Below are positions 51,221 through 59,701 of a stretch of 64,000 bases of DNA, one piece after another. A program made the position numbers and the translations under genes. This DNA comes from Gammaproteobacteria bacterium. Its GTDB lineage: Bacteria > Pseudomonadota > Gammaproteobacteria > Ga0077536. Each line of letters opens with the position of its first letter. Within the stretch, counting starts at the first letter, position 1. Location of the stretch: the NCBI GenBank assembly GCA_050247235.1, contig JBFWUN010000002.1:42641-106640 (forward strand), in the 5' to 3' direction. Under the pieces are notes generated by a model. The model was not told where the DNA came from and searched no databases. It was given only the letters and a program-made list of their open reading frames with translations.

Positions 51221-52309
51221 TCACGCCGCCATCAGCGGCGAGATATTCCAGCTCTTCAGCTCCGGCATGACCTTGGACGCGAACGTGCGCAACGAGCGTT
51301 CGACGACGTCGTACGGCGTGCCTGCGAACCGGACGACGAACATGCCGTCGTAATCACCGATCGCGCTTCGCCGCGCGTTGATCTTGTCGAGGATCTGCTG
51401 CGGCGTCCCCCACGTCTGACCGGCCAGGTACCCTTCCGCGATCGTGTCGAGGCCGGCGCTCGCGAGCGCCTTCGCGTTCTGTCCGTACTCCTCGTAGCCC
51501 TTCGGGAAATGCTCGCTCATCATTTCGTAGTGGGTGAGAAGGCTCATCAGGTACGTGCGCACGTGCTTGCGGGCGTTTTCGGCCGCGCGATCGGCATTGT
51601 CGTCGCAGATCATGAAGTCCACGAAGAAGGGGATCGGCGGCGCAGCCTGGTGATGCTCGCGGAACGCCTTTGCGTAGGTCTGCACTTCCGCGCGGTGCGT
51701 CGCTGCATCCTTGTAGGAGAACTGCAGCATCTTCAATCCGTGCCTGGCCGCCTCGAGGATGGAATCCCCGGACATCGCGACCTGCATCGTGCGCCCCTTG
51801 AAGGACTTGGTCGGCCGTGGGCGAATCTCCGCGCGCGGCTGCTTGAAGTACTGGCCCGAGTGGGCTTCCATGACGCCCGTCTCGAGGGCACCGAGGATCA
51901 TCGGCACCGCTTCGTCGAATCGGCCGCGCGATTCCTCCATCGGGATCCCGAACTGGTCGTACTCGCGCCGCGCGAGCCCGCGGCCGAGGCCGAGGATCAG
52001 ACGGCCGCCGCAGAGGAGATCCAGCAGCGCGGCCTTTTCCGCCACGCGCAGCGGCTGCGTGTTCCACGGAACGATCACCGCGCCCGTCATGAGCTTGATT
52101 CGCCTGGTCACGGCCGCCAGGTGTGCCAGGTAGACAAAGTTGTCGGGGCAGAACGCGTAGTCCTCGAAATGGTGCTCGACCATCGAGATCTGGTCGTAAC
52201 CGAGTTCGTCGGCGAGGATTGCGCTCCGGATTTCCTCGTCGTACACCTGCGCATCACTGACGTTTTCGTACCCGTAGCTCTGCGCGATCTGGACAATACC
52301 TATCTGCAT
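51221..52309 (-). CDS. LLM-class (luciferase-like) flavin-dependent oxidoreductase
   Basis: Trimmed to Met14. GYDQISMVEHHF, MTGAVIVPWN.PLRVAEKAA.LD.L..GRL.LGLGRG typical of bacterial luciferase-like monooxygenases. Confidence 0.85.
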   Translation of the reverse strand: MQIGIVQIAQSYGYENVSDAQVYDEEIRSAILADELGYDQISMVEHHFEDYAFCPDNFVYLAHLAAVTRRIKLMTGAVIVPWNTQPLRVAEKAALLDLLCGGRLILGLGRGLARREYDQFGIPMEESRGRFDEAVPMILGALETGVMEAHSGQYFKQPRAEIRPRPTKSFKGRTMQVAMSGDSILEAARHGLKMLQFSYKDAATHRAEVQTYAKAFREHHQAAPPIPFFVDFMICDDNADRAAENARKHVRTYLMSLLTHYEMMSEHFPKGYEEYGQNAKALASAGLDTIAEGYLAGQTWGTPQQILDKINARRSAIGDYDGMFVVRFAGTPYDVVERSLRTFASKVMPELKSWNISPLMAA

Positions 52310-52489
52310 GACGTCTTCCTCGCTGGGTTCGGTGATACGCGGCACCACGGTCGCGGGGCCTGCAGGCCAGTATCGGCATGCCGTTTACGGATGGTCAAGA
52401 ACGCGCGGCATGATGATCAGCGCATACAGCACGGGAGAGGCCGCGGGGTCCGGATCGATGTGTAAGTATTCCTACACACCAGCCATGGC

Positions 52490-55060
52490 TTGTGCGGTGC
52501 AGCGCATCACGGTGCGACGCGCGTGAGCGCCGTTCCACCCGCCGTGCGCGGTCTGGATGCCGCGACTGCCGCGCAGCGGTTGCGCACGGACGGCCACAAC
52601 GAATTGCCGCGTCCGGACCGCCGCACGATGTGGCGAATCATCGGCGAGATCATCCGTCAGCCGATGTTCGCGCTGCTGCTTGCCGGCGGCGCCGTCTACC
52701 TGCTGCTCGGGGATCCCACCGAGGCGCTGCTGCTGCTCGCGTTCGCGTCGCTGTCGGTGACGATCTCCATCGTGCAGGAGTCGCGCAGCGAGCGCGTGCT
52801 GGAGTCGCTCCGCGATCTCGCGAGTCCGCGCGCCGCGGTGATCCGCGACGGTGTCCGCGTGACGATCGCGGGTCGCGACGTCGTACGGGGTGACCTGATG
52901 CTCGTGGCCGAAGGTGATCGCGTCGCGGCGGATGCGCGGCTCGTCGCCGCGCATGACCTGATGGTGGACGAATCCCTGCTGACCGGCGAATCGGTGCCGG
53001 TCGTCAAGTTCGCGACCTCCGCCCCGTCCCCCGCGCGCGAGGAATCGCGCGACGCGTCGCGGCTGTTCGCCGGCACGCTGATCGTGCGCGGCACCGGTGA
53101 GGCGGTCGTCGATGCCACGGGCGCACACAGCGAGCTCGGACGCATCGGACGCGCATTGCGCGCCATCGAGACATCGCAGCCCCATCTCCAGCGACAGATT
53201 GGAAAGTTCGTCCGGCAGTTCGCGCTGCTCGGCCTCGGCGCCGGCCTGCTTGCCGTGGGCCTGTACGGGTTCCTGCGCGGCGCGTGGCTGGAGGCCCTGC
53301 TCAGCGGCATCGCGCTCGGCATGTCGCTCCTGCCGGAGGAATTCCCGCTGGTCCTCACGGTGTTCATGGCGATGGGCGCCTGGCGCATCTCGCGCGCCCG
53401 CGTCCTCACGCGGCGGGCGGCCGCGATAGAAACGCTCGGTGCCACCACGGTGCTGTGCACCGACAAGACCGGCACGTTGACAGAGAACCGCATGACGGTG
53501 GTGGCAGTCGCAAGCGCGCATGCCACGGCGGTACAGTGGCGGGGCAAGGGTGAACTCCCGCGCGATCTGCACACGGTGCTGCACGACGCGTTGCTCGCAT
53601 GCCCCGCGCACCCCACCGATCCGATGGACATCGCGCTGCACCAGCTTGGCGCGCACACGTTGCCGGAACCGCCGCACGCCAATCGCCGCCTGCTGCGCGC
53701 GTACGGACTGCGGGCGGAACTCCTTGCCGTCGCGAACGCATTCACGGAGGACACCGGCATCACGCTCCACGCCAAGGGCGCGGTGGAGGCGATCGCGACG
53801 CTTGGCGGTCTCTCCGCGGAACGTCGCCAGGCGCTGCGCGCCACGGTGGATGCGCTCGCGAACGAGGGAGTCCGGGTACTGGGAGTGGCGCGCGCAAAGA
53901 TCGCGTCCGCGGCGGAACTGCCCGACACGCTCGCGGATCTCAAGTGCGAGTTCGTCGGCCTGGTGGGATTCTCGGACCCGCTGCGCGCGCACGTGCCCGC
54001 CGCGGTCGCGGAATGTCACGCGGCCGGCATTCGCGTCATCATGATCACGGGCGATTACCCGGCCACCGCGCGCGCCATTGCGCGTGAAGCCGGCCTCGCG
54101 ACGGACGGCGTTGACGTGATCGTCGGCGACGAACTCGCCAGCCTGTCCGACACCGAACTGGCGTCTCGGGTGCGCGACGCGCGCGTGTTTGCACGGATCC
54201 GCCCGGAGCAGAAGCTCCGCATCGTCGAGAGCCTCGTGGCCAACGGCGAAGTGGTGGCGATGACCGGTGACGGCGTCAACGACGCACCGGCGATCAAGGC
54301 CGCGCACATCGGCATCGCAATGGGCAGCCGCGGCACCGATGTCGCGCGGGAAGCCTCGTCGATCGTGCTGCTCGACGACGATTTCGGCTCAATGGTGGAG
54401 ACCATCCGGCTCGGTCGGCGGATCTTCGACAACCTGCGCAAGGCCATGCTGTATATCGTGGCCGTGCACATTCCCATCGCGGGGCTCGCGATCCTGCCGC
54501 TGGTGCTTGGCCTGCCGCTGGTATTGACCCCGATCCACATCGCGTTCCTGGAGATGGTCATCGATCCCGCGTGCTCGGTGGTGTTCGAGGCCGAACGCGC
54601 GGAGAAGGACGTGATGCGGCGGCCGCCGCGGGACCCGGCGGGCCAGGTGCTGCCGTGGCCGCAGATCCGCTGGGCGATGCTGCAGGGATCGCTGGTGTTT
54701 GGGGTGCTCGCGGCCCTGCTGATCGGCGCGCGTCAGCTCGGTGCGGCGGATGCGATCATGCGCACGGTGGCATTCGTCTCCCTGGTGATGACGAACGTCG
54801 CGCTCATCCTCGTGAACCGTTCATTCTCGGCGTCACTCGGCGACGCGTTCCGCCGCACCAATCGTGCGCTGTCCGTGCTGTCCGCATGCGTGTTCACGCT
54901 GCTCGCAGTGGTCGTGTACTGGCCGCCCGCGCGGACTCTTTTCGGTTTCGCCGCGCTGACGCCGCTGGAACTCGGCACGTGCGTCGCCGCCGGAGCGGCC
55001 AGCCTCTTCACGCTCGAAGCACTGAAGCGCCGGCCGGGTGGAGAAGGACGGCCGGCCTGA
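52490..55060 (+). CDS. Cation-translocating P-type ATPase (P2-like)
   Basis: TGES (LLTGESVPV), phosphorylation site CTDKTGTLTEN, MITGD, hinge TGDGVNDAPAIK. The track start is TTG 52490; GTG 52523 (VSAVPPAVRGLD) is an alternative. TM4 motif reads LPEEFPLV. Confidence 0.9.
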   Translation: MCGAAHHGATRVSAVPPAVRGLDAATAAQRLRTDGHNELPRPDRRTMWRIIGEIIRQPMFALLLAGGAVYLLLGDPTEALLLLAFASLSVTISIVQESRSERVLESLRDLASPRAAVIRDGVRVTIAGRDVVRGDLMLVAEGDRVAADARLVAAHDLMVDESLLTGESVPVVKFATSAPSPAREESRDASRLFAGTLIVRGTGEAVVDATGAHSELGRIGRALRAIETSQPHLQRQIGKFVRQFALLGLGAGLLAVGLYGFLRGAWLEALLSGIALGMSLLPEEFPLVLTVFMAMGAWRISRARVLTRRAAAIETLGATTVLCTDKTGTLTENRMTVVAVASAHATAVQWRGKGELPRDLHTVLHDALLACPAHPTDPMDIALHQLGAHTLPEPPHANRRLLRAYGLRAELLAVANAFTEDTGITLHAKGAVEAIATLGGLSAERRQALRATVDALANEGVRVLGVARAKIASAAELPDTLADLKCEFVGLVGFSDPLRAHVPAAVAECHAAGIRVIMITGDYPATARAIAREAGLATDGVDVIVGDELASLSDTELASRVRDARVFARIRPEQKLRIVESLVANGEVVAMTGDGVNDAPAIKAAHIGIAMGSRGTDVAREASSIVLLDDDFGSMVETIRLGRRIFDNLRKAMLYIVAVHIPIAGLAILPLVLGLPLVLTPIHIAFLEMVIDPACSVVFEAERAEKDVMRRPPRDPAGQVLPWPQIRWAMLQGSLVFGVLAALLIGARQLGAADAIMRTVAFVSLVMTNVALILVNRSFSASLGDAFRRTNRALSVLSACVFTLLAVVVYWPPARTLFGFAALTPLELGTCVAAGAASLFTLEALKRRPGGEGRPA

Positions 55061-55077
55061 ACGGCCGGCCGCCGGGA

Positions 55078-56010
55078 TCAGTCCTCCAGCTGCTGGATCC
55101 CGTCCAGGAACCAGGTGGGCGCGTCGCTCCGCGCGGGCTTGGTGAAGTGCCAGACTTCGCGGACCTGCTGCGCCCTGGTGTGCGCGTCCTCGCGGAGGAT
55201 CGCGTCGAACAGCACCACGGCCTCCAGTTCGTCTCCCACTTCCCGCGCATCCAGCAGCTCGGCATCGAGTTTGAGCACCTCGGTGCGATTGTCCGCGGAG
55301 AGTCCGGCACTGCGCGTCTTCAGCTCCTCGAACATCGCCTCCGTGGACAGGGCGCGCAGGCGCGCGAAATCCCGTGCATCCCACGCTTTCTGCAGATCCC
55401 GGTACGCGTGGCGGGCGCCGTCCAGGAAAGATTGCTCGTCAAAGCCCGCGGGCCTGGCCGCGGCGTCCTCGTACAGCGTCGCCGGCGCCGAAGCGTCGGC
55501 CTGGAACCAGTCGCGGCTGTCGAGCGCCGTCCGGGCCGCGGTGTTGTCAGGAAGCACCCGCCGAGGCGCGACGGACTGCGAGTCGTCGGGTCGGGTCCGC
55601 GCATAAGCGGGCCGGGGTGACATGGCCTGCCCGCGCGCCGCGAACACGCGGTAGAGAAGGTAGGCGAGACCGCCGAAGACGAGCAGGTCCATGAAATTGA
55701 ACTGCTCAAACGCGCCGCCGAACAGCAGCGCCCCGAGCAGCCCGCCCAGCGCGAGGCCGCCGAGCATCCCCATCAGCCCCCCGCGGCGGGAAAGCTGCTG
55801 CCGGGCAGCCTGGTTCTGCTGCACGGCCTGCTGCTGACGCATGGACCGCGCCGGGGCCGCCTGTCGCTGGTAGGGTGAACTGAACGCGGACTTGCCACCG
55901 AACGAACCGCCGCCGCCGAGACGCTTCGCCTCGGCGTCCGGGATTGACCCCACACCGAGCAGCAGCGTCGCGCCCAGCACCATCAGGAAACCGAAGACTC
56001 TTTTCATCAT
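55078..56010 (-). CDS. Tim44-like domain membrane protein
   Basis: Signal/anchor, Gly-rich and Gln-rich region, TM segments (GGLLGALLFGG, LLVFGGLAYLLY), and a C-terminal segment FLDGARHAYRDLQKAWDARDF resembling Tim44-like domains (from memory). Confidence 0.6.
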   Translation of the reverse strand: MMKRVFGFLMVLGATLLLGVGSIPDAEAKRLGGGGSFGGKSAFSSPYQRQAAPARSMRQQQAVQQNQAARQQLSRRGGLMGMLGGLALGGLLGALLFGGAFEQFNFMDLLVFGGLAYLLYRVFAARGQAMSPRPAYARTRPDDSQSVAPRRVLPDNTAARTALDSRDWFQADASAPATLYEDAAARPAGFDEQSFLDGARHAYRDLQKAWDARDFARLRALSTEAMFEELKTRSAGLSADNRTEVLKLDAELLDAREVGDELEAVVLFDAILREDAHTRAQQVREVWHFTKPARSDAPTWFLDGIQQLED

Positions 56011-56188
56011 CCACCTCGTGAGTGCGCGGGATAGCGCGGACCCTGGCAGTCCGCGCGTGCTGCATGGTTGGACCCTGCAGTCTACACAGGTTCCCGCGGG
56101 CGCATTCAGGCCATAGGCGACCGGCCGCTAACCGCGAGGGCACCGTCGCGCCGCCACGATGACTCGCCCGCGCAGGATGAACGCCTAT

Positions 56189-56216
56189 TTGATTTATCAA
56201 TTGAACTTTATAAGCT
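56189..56216 (+). promoter_or_regulatory. AT-rich element upstream of the cytochrome cluster: near-palindrome plus a possible promoter
   Basis: TTGATTTATCAA at 56189-56200. TTGATT (56189-56194), 16 nt, TAAGCT (56211-56216). It sits in the only AT-rich patch (about 56185-56230) of the 321-nt intergenic region. Confidence 0.25.
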
Positions 56217-56331
56217 AACGTTCTAATTACGCGCGGACTAGGGGAACAGGTCCGCGCGGTGTCGCCATGCATCTCTTAAGGGGGGAACCTGGCGGGAGCC
56301 GATCTCCGGACCGGCCCGCTGCAGACACACC

Positions 56332-58065
56332 ATGACGCTGCCTCGACTCGCCTTCTCGTTATGCTGGCTCGTCTTTGCGCTTGCCGCGCCGCTGCCCGCC
56401 GCTGCCGCCGACGATCCGCACGCTCCGATCTTTGCAGAGACCGAGTACCCGTCCGCGATGCAGTGCGCGAGCTGTCATCCCAAGGTGTTCTGGGAATGGG
56501 CGGTCTCGAACCATGCGTATGCGTCGATTTCGCCGATGTTTCACAAGTTCGAACAGGCCATCAACGATTTCGCGTCCGGGACGATCGGCACGTTCTGCGT
56601 CCGCTGCCACCAGCAGATCGGCACGCAGCTGGGCGAGAAGCGCGAGGCGGCCCTGTGGGAACGTTCCCCGATCGCGCGCGAAGGCATCACCTGTATCACC
56701 TGCCACCGCGTGTCGACCCAGTTCGGCAAAGTCAACGGAGAACGCCACGTCGAGGGCGGCGACATCCACCAGCCCATCTACAACAGCGGGGCGGGCGCCG
56801 CGTACGGGGAAGTCGCTTCCCAGCCCGCGGAATTCGGCGTGGCGACGGCCGCCGGCCAGCCGGGAACTCCAATGCACGCCGCGCCCATCAAGTTCGAGCA
56901 GATCGGGCAGAGCGAGTTCTGCGTATCCTGCCACCAGGTTGCGGTTCACCCCGGCATCAAGCTGGAAGTCGTCTGGGAGCAGTACCGCGGGGCTCCGGCT
57001 GCCAAGGAAGGAATCACCTGCCAGCAGTGCCACATGGGCAAGGTCCCGGGTGAGGCCGAGGGCGGGTACGAAACCTGGCCGATCGCCGTGATCAATGGTC
57101 AGACCGTCGGCGATCCCACCCAGCGGCATTCCAACCACATGTTCTTCGGTCCCGGCTATCCCATTGCGCATCCAGGGATTTTTCCGTTCAACCCGCGCGC
57201 GATGCGCTGGTCGATCGACACCTGGCTGAAGTTCGATTACCGCGCGCCGTGGGGCGACCCGGCGTGGGAGGACCAGCTCGCGCGCGGCGAGGTCGAGGCC
57301 GAGTTCCCGGCGGAATGGACATCCCGCGAGGATCGCGAGGAGGCGCGCTACGTCATCTCGCTGAACACCAAGCTGCTCGAAGACAAGAAGCAGTCGCGCA
57401 TCGAGGTGATGGAGAACTCCATGCGCATCGACGGGCCGTTCTTCGACGGGGAGCTCAAGGTCGGCGAACCGCTCAAGCTGCATTACCGGATCACGAACGT
57501 GGACAAGGGGCACAACCTGCCGTCAGGTTCACTCGGCGCACAACCCGAACTGTGGTTCAACGTGGCGTTGATCGATCCCGATGGCCAGCGGGTCTGGGAA
57601 TCAGGTTACGTCGACGGCAACGGCGACATGGCCGACATCCATTCGCTCGACGTGGCGCAGGGCAAGGTGCCGTACGATCGGCAGCTCTTCAACCTGCAGA
57701 CCAAGTTCCTGACGACGAACCTCAAGGGCACCGACCGCGAGATGTACCTGCCGATCAATTTCGATTTCGACCAGCTGCCGCACATCCGGCCGCCGGGGGT
57801 GCCGACCACGGTGCTCAACCATCCGCCGTTCATCCGGATGGAAGGTCGCAGCCTGCCGCCGCTCGGCTCGCGCAAGGCGAAATACAAGATCCCGGGCTCG
57901 TTGCTGACCAAGCCGGGCAAGTACCGCCTGCAGTCACGGATGCGCAGCCGCGCGGAACCCATCTACTTCATGAAGTTCGTCGGGGCGACCGTGGACATGG
58001 AACAGGCCATCAACGAGTGGATGGTCGACATCCACCCGCACGCCGTCGAGTTCGAGGTCAAGTGA
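56332..58065 (+). CDS. Periplasmic pentaheme c-type cytochrome with a large heme-free C-terminal region
   Basis: Signal peptide MTLPRLAFSLCWLVFALAAPLPAAAA. Five CxxCH (CASCH at nt 56464-56478, CVRCH, CITCH, CVSCH, CQQCH), all within about the first 240 aa; 577 aa in total. Confidence 0.85.
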   Translation: MTLPRLAFSLCWLVFALAAPLPAAAADDPHAPIFAETEYPSAMQCASCHPKVFWEWAVSNHAYASISPMFHKFEQAINDFASGTIGTFCVRCHQQIGTQLGEKREAALWERSPIAREGITCITCHRVSTQFGKVNGERHVEGGDIHQPIYNSGAGAAYGEVASQPAEFGVATAAGQPGTPMHAAPIKFEQIGQSEFCVSCHQVAVHPGIKLEVVWEQYRGAPAAKEGITCQQCHMGKVPGEAEGGYETWPIAVINGQTVGDPTQRHSNHMFFGPGYPIAHPGIFPFNPRAMRWSIDTWLKFDYRAPWGDPAWEDQLARGEVEAEFPAEWTSREDREEARYVISLNTKLLEDKKQSRIEVMENSMRIDGPFFDGELKVGEPLKLHYRITNVDKGHNLPSGSLGAQPELWFNVALIDPDGQRVWESGYVDGNGDMADIHSLDVAQGKVPYDRQLFNLQTKFLTTNLKGTDREMYLPINFDFDQLPHIRPPGVPTTVLNHPPFIRMEGRSLPPLGSRKAKYKIPGSLLTKPGKYRLQSRMRSRAEPIYFMKFVGATVDMEQAINEWMVDIHPHAVEFEVK

Positions 58066-58067
58066 CG

Positions 58068-59696
58068 ATGCGCGGCGCCAATGCAAAGTACACCCGCCGC
58101 TGGGCGACATGGGCCGCGGCCTGCGCGCTCGGACTCGGCCAGGCGGCGCTCGCGGAAGTGCCGCGGCGTGGCCCGGGCACCGGGGCGCCGGCGATTCCCG
58201 AGCCGGCCGACGGACGGGTGCGCGGCGACCATGCGCATGCGCGCAAACCGGTGGAAATGTCGCCGGAGGCGCAATCCTCGACCCTGCAGCGTGAACTGTT
58301 CGGACCGGATCCGAGCTACGCCGACAAGCCCTACGACGTCGAGGCCCAGCTTGCGATCTATGGCGGCAAGCGCCCCGTCATCGGGCCGCGTCCGCCTATT
58401 GAATGGGGCTATCCGATGTACCAGGCAGGCGACATCGGCGCGGGCATCAACCTGTTCGGCGAGAAGAACCCGGCGCGCCCGCAGCTGCTCATGTTCGGTG
58501 ATCTCCGCATGGGTCCCGCATACAACGACAACGGCGCGCTCGACACCGCGCAGGCCGCCATCCGTCTCAACCTGAACATCGATATGCGCCTGACGGCGAC
58601 CGAGCGCTTCCACGTGTTCCTGCGCCCGTTCGACCGGGTGGAGAAGGGGCGCGTGACACGCGTCGAGTTCGGCGGCAACCAGCGGGACCTGTTCGGCGAT
58701 CACGAGATCCTGCTCGACGTGGAGCCTGAAGCGGCGTTCTTCGAGGGGGACCTCGGCCAGATCGCGGCGGGCCTCACCGACAAGTACAACCTCTACGACA
58801 TTCCCATCGCGTTCGGCCTGACACCGCTGTTCTTCCAGAATGGCATCTGGGTCGAGGACGCGATGATGGGCGGTGCCATCACGATCCCGGCGATGAACAG
58901 TCCGAAGCTCGACATCTCGAACATGGACATCACGTTCTTCAGCGGCTTCGATCGCGTGACGACGAAGGCGCTGCTCGAACCGAACGGCGTGTTCGACGAC
59001 CAGGATGCGCGGATCTTCGGTACCGCGATCTTCATCGAGATGCGCGAGTTCTACATCGAGGCGGGTTACGGCTACACGGATGACACCCGGGCGTCGGCGA
59101 CACTCGGCGATTTCAGCTATCACAACCTGACCGCGGCAATCACCAAGCGGTGGTTCGGCAAGCTGTCCAACTCGGTGCGCGTCGTCTGGAACACCGGCCA
59201 GGATCCCGGCGCGGGATTCACGCAGACGGCGGACGGATGGCTCCTGCTGGTCGAGAACTCCTGGATCACGCACCTGCCGTACACGCTGATCCCCTACGCG
59301 AACTTCTTCGTGGGACACGACAAGCCGCAGTCGCTGGCCCGCGATTTCGGTGCCGGCGGCATCCTGAAAAACACCGGGATCAACTTCGAGACCGACGGCC
59401 TGACCGGCTTTCCGAAGCTCGACGACACCGCGAACGACGTCGCCGGCGGCGCGGTGGGGATCCAGTACCTGTTCGCGCTCAACCAGCAGGTGGTGTTCGA
59501 GATCGCCGGATTGACGCCGCTCGGCAATGACATCCTCCCCGGCCGCCAGGCGCGCGGAGAACAGATCGCGTTCGGCGCCCGCTACCAGAAACCGCTGTCC
59601 AAGCGCTGGATCTTCCGCACCGACGCCATCTACGGCAGCCGTGAAAACGACGAAGACCTGGCCGGTATCCGCGCCGAGCTGCGACTGAAGTTCTAA
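58068..59696 (+). CDS. Putative outer-membrane beta-barrel protein (porin-like)
   Basis: ATG 58068, 2 nt after the upstream stop (within track ORF 57249..59696). Signal peptide ..ACALGLGQAALA. No Cys in the mature part. Many short alternating hydrophobic/polar stretches with aromatic ends. C-terminus AELRLKF (terminal Phe), typical of OMPs. Confidence 0.6.
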   Translation: MRGANAKYTRRWATWAAACALGLGQAALAEVPRRGPGTGAPAIPEPADGRVRGDHAHARKPVEMSPEAQSSTLQRELFGPDPSYADKPYDVEAQLAIYGGKRPVIGPRPPIEWGYPMYQAGDIGAGINLFGEKNPARPQLLMFGDLRMGPAYNDNGALDTAQAAIRLNLNIDMRLTATERFHVFLRPFDRVEKGRVTRVEFGGNQRDLFGDHEILLDVEPEAAFFEGDLGQIAAGLTDKYNLYDIPIAFGLTPLFFQNGIWVEDAMMGGAITIPAMNSPKLDISNMDITFFSGFDRVTTKALLEPNGVFDDQDARIFGTAIFIEMREFYIEAGYGYTDDTRASATLGDFSYHNLTAAITKRWFGKLSNSVRVVWNTGQDPGAGFTQTADGWLLLVENSWITHLPYTLIPYANFFVGHDKPQSLARDFGAGGILKNTGINFETDGLTGFPKLDDTANDVAGGAVGIQYLFALNQQVVFEIAGLTPLGNDILPGRQARGEQIAFGARYQKPLSKRWIFRTDAIYGSRENDEDLAGIRAELRLKF

Positions 59697-59701
59697 ACGC
59701 C

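Noticed and set aside
47645-56010. Genomic island integrated at tRNA-Lys.
   Set aside because: No integrase, excisionase or transposase ORF is present. I could not find a direct repeat of the tRNA 3' end downstream; only a 7-nt CCTACAC match occurs near 52470. The content may be accessory, but island status is unsupported from this window.
56189-56200. Canonical FNR/CRP box reading of TTGATTTATCAA.
   Set aside because: The consensus is TTGAT-N4-ATCAA, but here the half-sites are separated by only 2 nt and the centre is not symmetric. It is kept only as an unexplained near-palindrome.
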